The notes beneath the pieces are model-generated. The model was not told the DNA's origin. It saw only the letters and a list, made by a program, of their open reading frames with translations, and made no database searches. From contig BPAJ01000002.1 of assembly GCA_019652555.1 (NCBI GenBank), positions 79,014 through 143,013 of the forward strand: a DNA stretch of 64,000 bases. Direction: 5' to 3'. Positions 32,608-41,589 of this stretch are shown piece by piece. Each line of letters starts with the position of its first letter. The first letter of the stretch is position 1. The position numbers and the translations under genes are program-made. Origin of the DNA: Gammaproteobacteria bacterium. GTDB lineage: Bacteria > Pseudomonadota > Gammaproteobacteria > Magnimaribacterales > AG-339-G14.

Positions 32608-33204
32608 CTATAATTTTTTTTCGATAAGCTGAATTCTATCGTTACCGAAATACATGTCTTCTTTTTCTAAAAAGAAAGTTGGCGAACCAAAACCTTTACG
32701 ATCCATTAATTCTTGTGTGTTTTTTACAAGTCTTTCTTTGGTTTCTGGTAATGCAATAAATTCTAAGAAATCATCAGCTTTTATCGATAGAGAAGTGACA
32801 ATTTCATTCAAACAAGCATCGCTTGAAATGTCCTTACCTTCTGTCCAATAAGCTTTAAAAACTTTTTCTAAGTATTCCTCTATATCTTTGTTTTTATCAA
32901 TAAAGTAAAAAGCACCGCGCATAGACTTTACGCTATTGATTGGAAAGATTTTTGGCCAGTTGAATACAATGTTCCTTAGTTTTGCCCAATCGGCCATGTC
33001 CTTTTGAGAATATTCCAATTTTTCTTTAACTGGATTTTTTCTACTTTCGTAGACGCTAGGATTTGTTGAATTGAAAATTCCCCCAACCAATATGGGCTTC
33101 CAAATTATTTCAAATTCTTTGTTTTTTTGAAGTTCTAAAATACCCCTAAACGAAAGGTAGGTCCAAGGACTACTGCAGTCTAGGTAATACTCAATTTTTT
33201 TCAT
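32608..33204 (-). CDS. 2-hydroxychromene-2-carboxylate isomerase / DsbA-like thioredoxin-fold protein
   Basis: 198 aa. IEYYLDCSSPWTYL (the position of the DsbA-like active site) and GFGSPTFFLEKEDMYFGNDR are typical of the HCCA isomerase family. Confidence 0.7.
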   Translation of the reverse strand: MKKIEYYLDCSSPWTYLSFRGILELQKNKEFEIIWKPILVGGIFNSTNPSVYESRKNPVKEKLEYSQKDMADWAKLRNIVFNWPKIFPINSVKSMRGAFYFIDKNKDIEEYLEKVFKAYWTEGKDISSDACLNEIVTSLSIKADDFLEFIALPETKERLVKNTQELMDRKGFGSPTFFLEKEDMYFGNDRIQLIEKKL

Positions 33205-33283
33205 CGTCGATATAATTTTTACTTGTTAATACTTTATAATCTTACCTCTTAACAATTCAAGCTGCTCACTTAGAGGGGGAAAA

Positions 33284-33547
33284 ATGGAAGAAGACCAAAA
33301 AAGACTTGCCGATGCTCTGGAAGAGTTAAAAGATCACAATTTCATGAAAATTCATGAATCTGCATGGAAGTTCATGTACTACAACCTCTTGAGAGGTTTG
33401 GCGATTGGCCTTGGATCTGTTGTTGGCGCTACAGTTCTGGTAACTATTTTTATCCAAATATTGGCTCAGTTTGAATTTATTCCTATTATCGGAAATTGGG
33501 CCCACGAAGTCATTGAAATCATCGAAAAGCTAGACAAATCTGGATGA
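33284..33547 (+). CDS. Small membrane protein (DUF5665-like)
   Basis: 87 aa with one or two TM helices and YYNLLRGLAIGLGSVVGATVLV. Confidence 0.5.
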   Translation: MEEDQKRLADALEELKDHNFMKIHESAWKFMYYNLLRGLAIGLGSVVGATVLVTIFIQILAQFEFIPIIGNWAHEVIEIIEKLDKSG

Positions 33548-34272
33548 CAGCTCCTCTCAATAACGTTATCTGTATGAAGTGGGGGGATAAATACTCAGCA
33601 GATTACGTGAACATATTATTCAATATGGTTTCAAGAAATTTAAGCATCCCTTTTAGGTTTGTTTGCTTCACTGACGATCCAAAAGGCATAAATGAACAAG
33701 TAGAAGTTTTCGATCTTCCAAGTTTAAATTTACCAAATAACATACCTGAAAGAGGCTGGCTTAAACTTACAACTTTTTCAAAAACTCTAGGAGATTTAGA
33801 GGGAAAAGCTCTTTTTTTAGATTTAGATTTGATTATCACGGGAAGCTTAGATGAGCTCTTTGAGATCGAAGGTGATTTTTTAATAGTTAAGGATTTCATC
33901 AGAAAAGATGTTACTGGTAACAGTTCAGTTTATAGATTTGAGATAGGTCAACACGAAGACGTAATTGAAAATTTCAAAAATAACTTTACTGATATAAAGA
34001 ATAAACACAGAAACGAACAAGAATATTTATCCGCCTTTATGGATAAAAAAAATCAATTGAGCTACTGGCCTGAAGATTGGTGCAAGAGCTTTAAAAAGCA
34101 TTGCATTCACAAAGGATTTAAACAATTCTTTTATCCACCTGAATTACCAGAAAATACAAGAATTGTTATCTTTCATGGAAAGCCAAACCCTCCAGAGGCC
34201 ATTGCAGGCAAAAGTGGTAAGTGGTACCGAAAGGTATTGCCGACTCCTTGGGTTAAAGATTTTTGGAGATAA
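33544..34272 (+). CDS. Hypothetical protein, possible nucleotide-sugar transferase fold
   Basis: 242 aa with VICMKWGDKYSADYVN and a DxD-like LFLDLDLIITGSLDELF. ATGA overlap with the upstream gene. Function not established. Confidence 0.45.
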   Translation: MTAPLNNVICMKWGDKYSADYVNILFNMVSRNLSIPFRFVCFTDDPKGINEQVEVFDLPSLNLPNNIPERGWLKLTTFSKTLGDLEGKALFLDLDLIITGSLDELFEIEGDFLIVKDFIRKDVTGNSSVYRFEIGQHEDVIENFKNNFTDIKNKHRNEQEYLSAFMDKKNQLSYWPEDWCKSFKKHCIHKGFKQFFYPPELPENTRIVIFHGKPNPPEAIAGKSGKWYRKVLPTPWVKDFWR

Positions 34273-34556
34273 AGGACAAAATATTTTTAAATTTGGAAGG
34301 AACAACCTTTCAAAAAAAAGTTTGGCAAGAATTGCTAAAGATCCCAAAAGGGCAAACAAGATCTTATAAAGAAATTGCTATTTCAATAGGTTATCCCAAA
34401 GCCGCAAGAGCCGTTGCAAACGCTTGTGGAAAAAATCCTTATCCTATAAAAATACCCTGTCACAGAGCAATAAGATCAGATGGCTCAATAGGAGGGTATA
34501 GCGGGATCGGAGGCTCAACCACCAAACTCAAATTATTAATTGAAGAAAAAAACTAG
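34263..34556 (+). CDS. ogt: Methylated-DNA--protein-cysteine methyltransferase (short, DNA-binding/active-site domain only)
   Basis: 97 aa with a TTG start. FQKKVWQELLKIPKGQTRSYKEIA and the active site IPCHRAIRSDGSIGGY (PCHR). Confidence 0.85.
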   Translation: MEIKDKIFLNLEGTTFQKKVWQELLKIPKGQTRSYKEIAISIGYPKAARAVANACGKNPYPIKIPCHRAIRSDGSIGGYSGIGGSTTKLKLLIEEKN

Positions 34557-34666
34557 TTAGCTTCTTTAGCTTTATATTTTTTCAAAGCTTCTGCGTATTC
34601 TTCTTCTGAAAGTTTATGCCAACCGATACATTTGCCCGTTGGACTTCTTCCACAGCCACAATCCAT
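34553..34666 (-). CDS. Unannotated 37-aa cysteine-rich small protein
   Basis: Below the track's size cut-off. The minus strand reads ATG GAT TGT GGC TGT... = MDCGCGRSPTGKCIGWHKLSEEEYAEALKKYKAKEAN*. AGGAG lies 7 nt upstream of the ATG, directly downstream of the 34677..35657 gene. Confidence 0.5.
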   Translation of the reverse strand: MDCGCGRSPTGKCIGWHKLSEEEYAEALKKYKAKEAN

Positions 34667-34676
34667 ATTTCATCTC

Positions 34677-35657
34677 CTAATTGAGTGTAACTTTTTTTAG
34701 TTGTCCAGGCTTTAAAATTTCAAAAAAGGTTTTAGGCAGTCCATTTTTTGTCAAGGCTTCTTCAAGCAAAGCTGGTGGCTCCAACGTTTCTTCATCAGTA
34801 AGTTGGAAAGTTCCCCAATGCATGGCGTAATTTTTCTTTGATCCTAAATCAAGAGCAACCTGCAAAGCTTCTTCAGGGTTCACATGATTTGCTTTCATGA
34901 ACCACCTAGGCGCATACGCTCCTATTGGTATCAAAGACAGATCGGGTTTGCCAAGTTTTGCTTGCGTATCTTGGAAATCTTTAGAGTAACCTGAATCTCC
35001 TGCATGAAAGCTTTTAAAATTTGGAAAGGACATGAACCATCCACCCCAAAGGCTTTTGTTTCTATCTGCTAAACCTCTAGCCGACCAATGTTGAGTAGGA
35101 GTGAATGTAAATTTAGTTCCTTTAATTTCAATATTTTCCCACCACAAAAATTCTCTAGTATTTTTAATACCCTTTCGATTTAATAATTTTTGGTCTCCTT
35201 TCGGAACTAAAAACAAAGTTTTTGGATTTTTTTTTGAAAGTTTTTTTAATGAAGGGATGTCCAAGTGATCATAATGATTATGACTTACCGTAACGACGTC
35301 TATTTCAGGTAAGTCTGTAATTTGCATGGCTGGAGGGATAATTCTTTTTGGGCCAGCTATCTTCACTGGAGAAGCCCGATCAGAAAAAACTGGATCAGTT
35401 AAGACAATCGTCCCTTCTATATTGATTAAAAAAGTGGAGTGCCCAATCCAAATTAAATAGTTTTTCTCATAATCAGAAAAGTTTTTCCATTCATCTGATG
35501 ATTCTATTTTTATTGGGGTTGGTCTTTTTCTATTAAAACTCCATTTCAAAAAGTCTCCAAAACTTTTTAAATTTGGCATATTGTTGGTATTTTTAAATCT
35601 CTCGTCAGACATTAGAAGACTGGAAAATAAGATAAGGAATATTAATTTTTTTTGCAT
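34677..35657 (-). CDS. Exported MBL-fold metallo-hydrolase (NAPE-PLD-like family)
   Basis: 326 aa with a signal peptide, an intact motif VTVSHNHYDHLD, and WIGHSTFLINIEG. Confidence 0.8.
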   Translation of the reverse strand: MQKKLIFLILFSSLLMSDERFKNTNNMPNLKSFGDFLKWSFNRKRPTPIKIESSDEWKNFSDYEKNYLIWIGHSTFLINIEGTIVLTDPVFSDRASPVKIAGPKRIIPPAMQITDLPEIDVVTVSHNHYDHLDIPSLKKLSKKNPKTLFLVPKGDQKLLNRKGIKNTREFLWWENIEIKGTKFTFTPTQHWSARGLADRNKSLWGGWFMSFPNFKSFHAGDSGYSKDFQDTQAKLGKPDLSLIPIGAYAPRWFMKANHVNPEEALQVALDLGSKKNYAMHWGTFQLTDEETLEPPALLEEALTKNGLPKTFFEILKPGQLKKVTLN

Positions 35658-35758
35658 GGAAATTAGTTTGCATTTTGAAGCGCTATTGTAATCTTATTGA
35701 ATCTAAAACATAGAGAAATTTATTTAAAACATTTTAGATATGTATAATTCTCCCTCCG

Positions 35759-36547
35759 ATGAGAATTTTAAGAAAACTATTGATGTTTTTTGGACTGCTT
35801 TTTGTTGCTGCTGGAGCGATTTCAAGCTTAGTAGGCGAACTAATCGGATTTGTTACTTTTTCTGGTTCACAAAACCTTTTGATTTCTTCTATGGGAGTAG
35901 TTATTTTTTGGCTATCTCTTGAGCGAGTTCATCCTGAAGGTTATAAGTTTTTTTTGATATTTATTTTACTTTCTTCTGTTTTGGGCTTTTTTTACTTTCC
36001 TCTGGGAATTATAGGTTTCCTTTTAACGATTTTCGTTTTATGGTTTTTTAGAGATCCAGAAAGAATGGTTCCTTCATCTGAAGCAGGCATCATTTCTCCT
36101 GCAGATGGCGTTATCTGCAAAATAGAAAAAACCCTTCCGCCTAAAGAGGTAAAAAGCTCTGAAGAATTATTAAAAATTTCGGTTTTTATGAATGTTTTCA
36201 ATGTCCATGTAAACAGAGCTCCTGTTGCAGGCAACATCAAAGACATAATCTATGTTCCTGGAAAATTTATAAACGCCAGCTTAGACAAAGCAAGCGAACA
36301 CAATGAGCGTAATATTCTTGTGCTAGAAAATAATAAAAATGAAGAAATTATTGTCGTCCAAATAGCAGGGCTCATTGCAAGAAGAATCCTTTCTTTTGTA
36401 AACCTTTTTGATTCACTAAAGATTGGCGAAAGATTTGGTCTGATTAGGTTTGGTTCTCGAGTTGATGTCTATCTACCTTCCAATTACGATCCAAAAGTAG
36501 AACTGGGACAAAAGGTCATTGCTGGAGAGAGCATCATTGCGAGTTAA
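35759..36547 (+). CDS. psd: Phosphatidylserine decarboxylase (short Asd-type proenzyme)
   Basis: 262 aa with FFRDPERMVP, ISPADGVI, HVNRAPVAGNI and the FGSRVDVYLP cleavage/pyruvoyl region. Upstream of pssA. Confidence 0.88.
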   Translation: MRILRKLLMFFGLLFVAAGAISSLVGELIGFVTFSGSQNLLISSMGVVIFWLSLERVHPEGYKFFLIFILLSSVLGFFYFPLGIIGFLLTIFVLWFFRDPERMVPSSEAGIISPADGVICKIEKTLPPKEVKSSEELLKISVFMNVFNVHVNRAPVAGNIKDIIYVPGKFINASLDKASEHNERNILVLENNKNEEIIVVQIAGLIARRILSFVNLFDSLKIGERFGLIRFGSRVDVYLPSNYDPKVELGQKVIAGESIIAS

Positions 36548-36552
36548 TAATC

Positions 36553-37305
36553 ATGTCTGAAAGAAGCATCAAGAATTTTATTCCAAACTTAATAACTTTA
36601 ACCGGACTTTGTTTTGGTCTAAGTTCTATAAGGTTTGCAGTTTTAGAAGATTTTAAAGCTGCAGTTGTGTGTATTCTTATTGCAGCAATCTGCGATGTCT
36701 TAGATGGATTATTTTCTAGGCTCTTAAAAACTCAATCAGACTTGGGAGCTGAACTCGATTCTTTGGCTGATTTTTTGAGTTTTGGCGTGGCTCCTGGAAT
36801 TTTAGTTTATTTTGGAATTCTTGAAGAATTAGCTATTTGGGGATATCTTGCTGTTACTGCCTTTATTGTTTTTGCTTGTTTAAGGCTTGCAATATTCAAC
36901 TTAAACTTGCCGCCAACAGAGGATGCCCAAAAACAAGGTTATTTTTTAGGAGTACCAACGCCATCAGGTGCAGGGCTGATTTTGCTACCCTTGATTCATT
37001 CTTTTCTCGGTTTCAATTGGGGCATAGAAAATCCTGAGGTGGTTGCAATATACACTAGCCTGGTTGGCTTACTGATGGTCAGCAAAATTCCAACATTTTC
37101 ACTAAAAGAGTTAAACATCACTGTTAATAGGAAGTTTTTCTTGAGGTTTTTTGTCGGCTTCGTAGTTTTAGTTTTACTTATGATAAATTTTTTATGGCAG
37201 TTTCTTTCTGTGGTTGGGATCCTTTATATTATTGGTATACCCGTAGCATTTTTTATCTTTCGTAAAAATCGTCTAAAAAAATCTTCAGACAATCTAACTA
37301 ATTAA
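36553..37305 (+). CDS. pssA: CDP-diacylglycerol--serine O-phosphatidyltransferase
   Basis: 250 aa with the CDP-alcohol phosphatidyltransferase motif DVLDGLFSRLLKTQSDLGAELDSLAD. Confidence 0.88.
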   Translation: MSERSIKNFIPNLITLTGLCFGLSSIRFAVLEDFKAAVVCILIAAICDVLDGLFSRLLKTQSDLGAELDSLADFLSFGVAPGILVYFGILEELAIWGYLAVTAFIVFACLRLAIFNLNLPPTEDAQKQGYFLGVPTPSGAGLILLPLIHSFLGFNWGIENPEVVAIYTSLVGLLMVSKIPTFSLKELNITVNRKFFLRFFVGFVVLVLLMINFLWQFLSVVGILYIIGIPVAFFIFRKNRLKKSSDNLTN

Positions 37306-38406
37306 CTTAGTAGCAATTCGTTTTCCTTTGTTTTGAGATCTCTCTTTTCGTCTGGTTTTATCATTTACTTTACCAACCAGTTGACCACATGCTGCCATGA
37401 TGTCTTCTCCTCTAGTGGTTCTAACAGTTGTGATATAACCTTCTTTTTGAAGAATTTTTTTGAAAGTTTCCACCCGCATGTTGGAAGGTCTTTTGTATTC
37501 TGTTCCAGGAAATGGATTGAAGGGAATCAAATTAATCTTGCTTGGAATATCTCTTAATATTTTTGCCAATTCTTTTGCGTTATCTATAGAGTCGTTAACT
37601 TTATTAATTAAAATATATTCCATGGTAGTTTTTCTTTGATCGCCGCATTTTTCAACATAACGCATTACAGCCTCCAATAGCTTTTTAATTGGATATTTTT
37701 TATTTAAGGGCACCAGATCATTACGTAATTTGTCATTGGGAGCATGAAGGGAAATGGTCAATGCTGCATCGGTTACCTCAGAAAGCTTATCTATCATCGG
37801 CACCAATCCAGAGGTACTTAAAGTAACCTTTCTTTTGGATAGTCCATATGCTTTATCGTGCATCATCAAGTTCATAGCCTCAGTTACTGGTTCGAAATTC
37901 AGCAAAGGCTCTCCCATACCCATCATCACAACATTTGTTACGTTCTTTGAGCCATGATCCCTGGGTGTTCCAAAAGAATTTTCTGCTACCCAAACTTGCC
38001 CTATGATTTCTGCTGTCGATAAGTTTCTTGAAAAACCCTGTTTTCCAGTAGCACAAAAACTACAGTCAACAGCGCAGCCCACTTGAGAGGAAACGCATAA
38101 AGTAGCTCTTTTACCCTCAGGAATTAAGACCATCTCAACTAAATCACCTTCTCCAACGCTTAAAACCCATTTACGAGTGCCATCTTTGGAATCTTTCTCG
38201 TAAACAATTTCTGGAGGCTTAATTTCTGTTTTTTCCTCCAAAATACTTTTAAGGTCCTTTGATAGATTGCTCATCCCATCATAGTTTGAGATTCCTTTTT
38301 GATGAATCCATTGAAAAACTTGCCTTGCTCGATAAGGCTTTTCTCCTAAGGATACGAAAAATTTTTCCATGGCATCTAAAGACATGCCAAGAAGATTTAT
38401 TTTCAT
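37294..38406 (-). CDS. rlmN: 23S rRNA/tRNA (adenine-C2)-methyltransferase RlmN (radical SAM)
   Basis: 370 aa with YRARQVFQWIH, the radical SAM cluster CAVDCSFCATG, and MGMGEPLLN. Confidence 0.95.
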   Translation of the reverse strand: MKINLLGMSLDAMEKFFVSLGEKPYRARQVFQWIHQKGISNYDGMSNLSKDLKSILEEKTEIKPPEIVYEKDSKDGTRKWVLSVGEGDLVEMVLIPEGKRATLCVSSQVGCAVDCSFCATGKQGFSRNLSTAEIIGQVWVAENSFGTPRDHGSKNVTNVVMMGMGEPLLNFEPVTEAMNLMMHDKAYGLSKRKVTLSTSGLVPMIDKLSEVTDAALTISLHAPNDKLRNDLVPLNKKYPIKKLLEAVMRYVEKCGDQRKTTMEYILINKVNDSIDNAKELAKILRDIPSKINLIPFNPFPGTEYKRPSNMRVETFKKILQKEGYITTVRTTRGEDIMAACGQLVGKVNDKTRRKERSQNKGKRIATKLIS

Positions 38407-38409
38407 TTT

Positions 38410-39384
38410 TTACAGCTCAAATAGATTTTTTATCGGTTTGCCATCTTTTAGATTAGCGACATTCTCAAGGAAAAGATTAAACGATCTCGGCAGAGACATT
38501 AAAGAATGAGCAGAATCGTGAGGAGTAATGTAACAATTGTTTGCCTCCCAAAGGGGGGACTCTGTCTCTAGAGGTTCTTTTCTTGTGGTATCCAAAGCTG
38601 CAGCAGCAATTTCACCAGTATTTAATGCTTCTGCAAGATCTGCTTCATTCACAGCGCTGCCTCGACCGACATTAATGAACATACTTTGCGGATTCATTTG
38701 TTTGAAAACTTTTTTGTCGATTACATTCCTAGTATGTTCGCTATCCGGCAATACCGTTACAAGAAAATCTGCAAAAGGCAACATATCCATTAAATCTTCT
38801 GGAGTTTTGACTTCGTCAGCAAATTCGCAAGTTACAGGCGATCTCCTAACACCAGTAACGTTCATTTCAAATGACTTTGCAATTCGAGCAATTTCTTTTC
38901 CTATACCACCATATCCATAAATGACTAAATTCTTATTCGTTAATTCCCCGTCCCCTCCATTTGGCATCCATTTTTTTTCCTTTTGAAGTTCAATATGAAG
39001 ATCAATTCTTTTGTTCCATCTCAACATTTGCGCTAAAACGTAATTGGCCATGGGTTTGCCATATATGCTGCTTGCATTTGCAACAATTGCGTTCGTTTCT
39101 TTCAAGACTGCTTGCAAAAAAGGATCATCCATTCCCGAATATCCGCTTTGGATGAATTTAGCTTTCTTCGCAACTTCCAACATAGGCTCGAAAAGATGTT
39201 TGTGGTCTCGCACCGCAAAAAGAAATTGATAAGACAAAAATAAGGCATCAACTTCCGGAACATCTCCCCAAGCAGGATTTGTATGATCCTCAGGGTTCAG
39301 CACAATAATTTCCATATTAGGATCAAGCTCTAGAATTTCCGACTCATAAAGTTTGCTTATCAGGCTATCGACTACTATTTTCAT
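38410..39384 (-). CDS. D-isomer-specific 2-hydroxyacid dehydrogenase family protein
   Basis: 324 aa with the NAD motif IYGYGGIGKEIARIA and the catalytic region NVGRGSAVNEADL...TPHDS. Confidence 0.82.
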   Translation of the reverse strand: MKIVVDSLISKLYESEILELDPNMEIIVLNPEDHTNPAWGDVPEVDALFLSYQFLFAVRDHKHLFEPMLEVAKKAKFIQSGYSGMDDPFLQAVLKETNAIVANASSIYGKPMANYVLAQMLRWNKRIDLHIELQKEKKWMPNGGDGELTNKNLVIYGYGGIGKEIARIAKSFEMNVTGVRRSPVTCEFADEVKTPEDLMDMLPFADFLVTVLPDSEHTRNVIDKKVFKQMNPQSMFINVGRGSAVNEADLAEALNTGEIAAAALDTTRKEPLETESPLWEANNCYITPHDSAHSLMSLPRSFNLFLENVANLKDGKPIKNLFEL

Positions 39385-39461
39385 TGGTTTCCTTTTTTAG
39401 ATGGGGCAATTTAAACCAGAAGTTTTTAGAAAACAAGAATATTGATTTAACTGACTATATA

Positions 39462-40322
39462 ATGTTCCGAAAAATGACAGAACTCACCATCACAGATGTT
39501 TATGCCTTTGGCGTTCCTATCATATTGGCCCTTATTTTATTTGAGGTCTTGATTTCAAACTGGCAAAACAAGAATTACTACAACTCTGGCGATACTTGGT
39601 GTACCTCAGGACTTCTCTTTGGAAATATCTTAATGGGATTTGCCATCAAAGGATCCATTGTTGGGTTTCATTTCTTTTTATATCAGTTTCGAATTGTTGA
39701 TTTAGTAACCATCTTGCCAAATTGGGTTTTATGGATCTTAACTTTCGTTTTAATAGACTTAGTATTTTATATTTACCATAGGCTTTCTCATCGGGTTAGA
39801 TTTCTTTGGGCAATTCATATGAGTCATCATTCCAGCGAAGAAATGAATTTTGCAGTTTCCTTCAGACAGGCTTGGTTTGGTCCAATTTCAAAAGTGCCTT
39901 TTTTTATGGTGTTACCAATTTTAGGCTTAGACCCCTTAATGATTGCAGTTGCAGGAGTCATAAGTACTTTATGGGGAGTAGTGGGGCATACCCAAATTAT
40001 CGGCAAGCTAGGCCCACTAGAATGGCTTTTCAATACTCCTTCCCACCACAGAGTTCATCATGGCTCAAACCCAGAATACATAGATAAAAATTATGGAAAC
40101 TTACTTATTATTTGGGACCGCCTGTTTGGTACTTTTCAGCCCGAGGAAAGGCCTGTGAATTATGGTCTTGTAAATAATGTAAATACCTTTAACCCAATTA
40201 AAATAACATTCATGGGTTGGAATAAAATATTTCTTGATATGAAAAAAGCTTCAAGCTTGAGACAAGCTATGGACCATTTTTTTGGCCCACCAACCACTCA
40301 CGAAAAAGAAGCTTTGAATTAG
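39462..40322 (+). CDS. Sterol desaturase / fatty acid hydroxylase family protein
   Basis: His boxes HRLSHRVRFLWAIHMSHHSSEEMN and HHRVHHGSN. Start uncertain: the track gives 39384 (non-ATG), with ATG candidates at 39462 and 39474. Confidence 0.8.
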   Translation: MFRKMTELTITDVYAFGVPIILALILFEVLISNWQNKNYYNSGDTWCTSGLLFGNILMGFAIKGSIVGFHFFLYQFRIVDLVTILPNWVLWILTFVLIDLVFYIYHRLSHRVRFLWAIHMSHHSSEEMNFAVSFRQAWFGPISKVPFFMVLPILGLDPLMIAVAGVISTLWGVVGHTQIIGKLGPLEWLFNTPSHHRVHHGSNPEYIDKNYGNLLIIWDRLFGTFQPEERPVNYGLVNNVNTFNPIKITFMGWNKIFLDMKKASSLRQAMDHFFGPPTTHEKEALN

Positions 40323-40343
40323 TTCAGAAAAGCTTAGGTAATC

Positions 40344-41222
40344 ATGAAGACAACAATTATCAATTGGCTGCTGGTTTTATTTGTGAGTCTTAGTTGGGGA
40401 GCCTCCTATATGTTCACTAGAATCGTTGTAGAAGAAATGCCCCCATCGCACTTAGTATCAATAAGACTTTTACTTGCTGCTCTTCTACTAGGACCTTTGT
40501 TCATTAATAAAGAAGAATTTTTAAAGATGTCTAAAGTGATCCCTTCTTTGATTTTGCTTGGAATAATAAATGCCGCCTTGCCATTTTTTCTTTTTGCTTG
40601 GTCTGCTCAAGAACTTACTGCTGGCATGCTTTCTATTTTAAATGGAACTTCACCTTTATTTGCATTAATTATTGCAATAGCCCTTTTTAGACAAAATACA
40701 CCTTCCTTCAAGTAATAGGTCTTCTTTTTGGGCTTTATTGGACTATTGATTTTTATAGGACTTGATGAAATTAGAGTAGTATTTTTCCCAGTAACTTTAT
40801 GCCTAATAGGAGCTTTTTGTTATGCATATTCAAACAATGTCTTATTTAAATTGAATCATATAAATTCTTCAGCTCTTGCTTCTGCAACTATGCTGTCAGG
40901 TTTTGTTTTTTCAATTCCTTTATTTCTGTCCGAGCCACAATCTTTTTCTTTTGATCTGTCACTAAAAACTTATTTAGCAACCTTATTCCTTGGCCTGGTT
41001 TCAACGGGCATCTCATTTATTGCGTATGTTGTTTTGTTACAAAGATCTTCCCCAGTTCAAGCCTCTTCGATAATTTTCTTGGTACCCATAACTGGAATTT
41101 TCTGGGGAGCAATATTTTTAAATGAGAATATAGATCAGAAGGTGATATTGGGCTCTTTGTGTATTTTAGTTGGTATAGGACTAACAAATATTTTTAAACC
41201 TAAAAAACTTTTGAGAGATTAA
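40344..41222 (+). pseudogene. DMT-superfamily (EamA) transporter interrupted by two consecutive in-frame stop codons
   Basis: ORFs 40344..40715 and 40728..41222 are in the same frame, separated only by TAA TAG (40713-40718). Together they give a 10-TM EamA-type protein. The break falls between TM4 and TM5, not at the domain boundary. Confidence 0.55.
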
Positions 41223-41573
41223 TTAAATAATCTTCAAAACATTTTCTGGCGGCCTGCCAACTATAGCTTTAGACCCTTTTACATAAATTGGTCTTTCAAT
41301 GAGCTTGGGATATTCAATCATTAAATTAATGATTTCTTCTTCTGAAATATTAGAATCTTTTAAGTTATTCTCTTTATATGCAGATTCTCCTGTTCTCAAA
41401 AGATCTCTTGGGCTCATGCCAAGTTTTTGAATTATTTCTTTCAAAAAGTTTTTTTCGAGTTTCTCATCAAGGTACATGAAAACCTCAAAATTTTCTTTTT
41501 CTTTCTCAAGGAGGTTTAGGGCTTGTCTAGACTTGCTGCATCTAGGGTTGTGAAAAAGAAAAGCTTTGGCCAT
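41223..41573 (-). CDS. ArsC-family (arsenate reductase / Spx-like) thioredoxin-fold protein
   Basis: 116 aa with HNPRCSKSRQALNLL and a C-terminal LIERPIYV...AIVGRPPENV. Confidence 0.8.
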   Translation of the reverse strand: MAKAFLFHNPRCSKSRQALNLLEKEKENFEVFMYLDEKLEKNFLKEIIQKLGMSPRDLLRTGESAYKENNLKDSNISEEEIINLMIEYPKLIERPIYVKGSKAIVGRPPENVLKII

Positions 41574-41589
41574 AGTTACAAATCATCTT

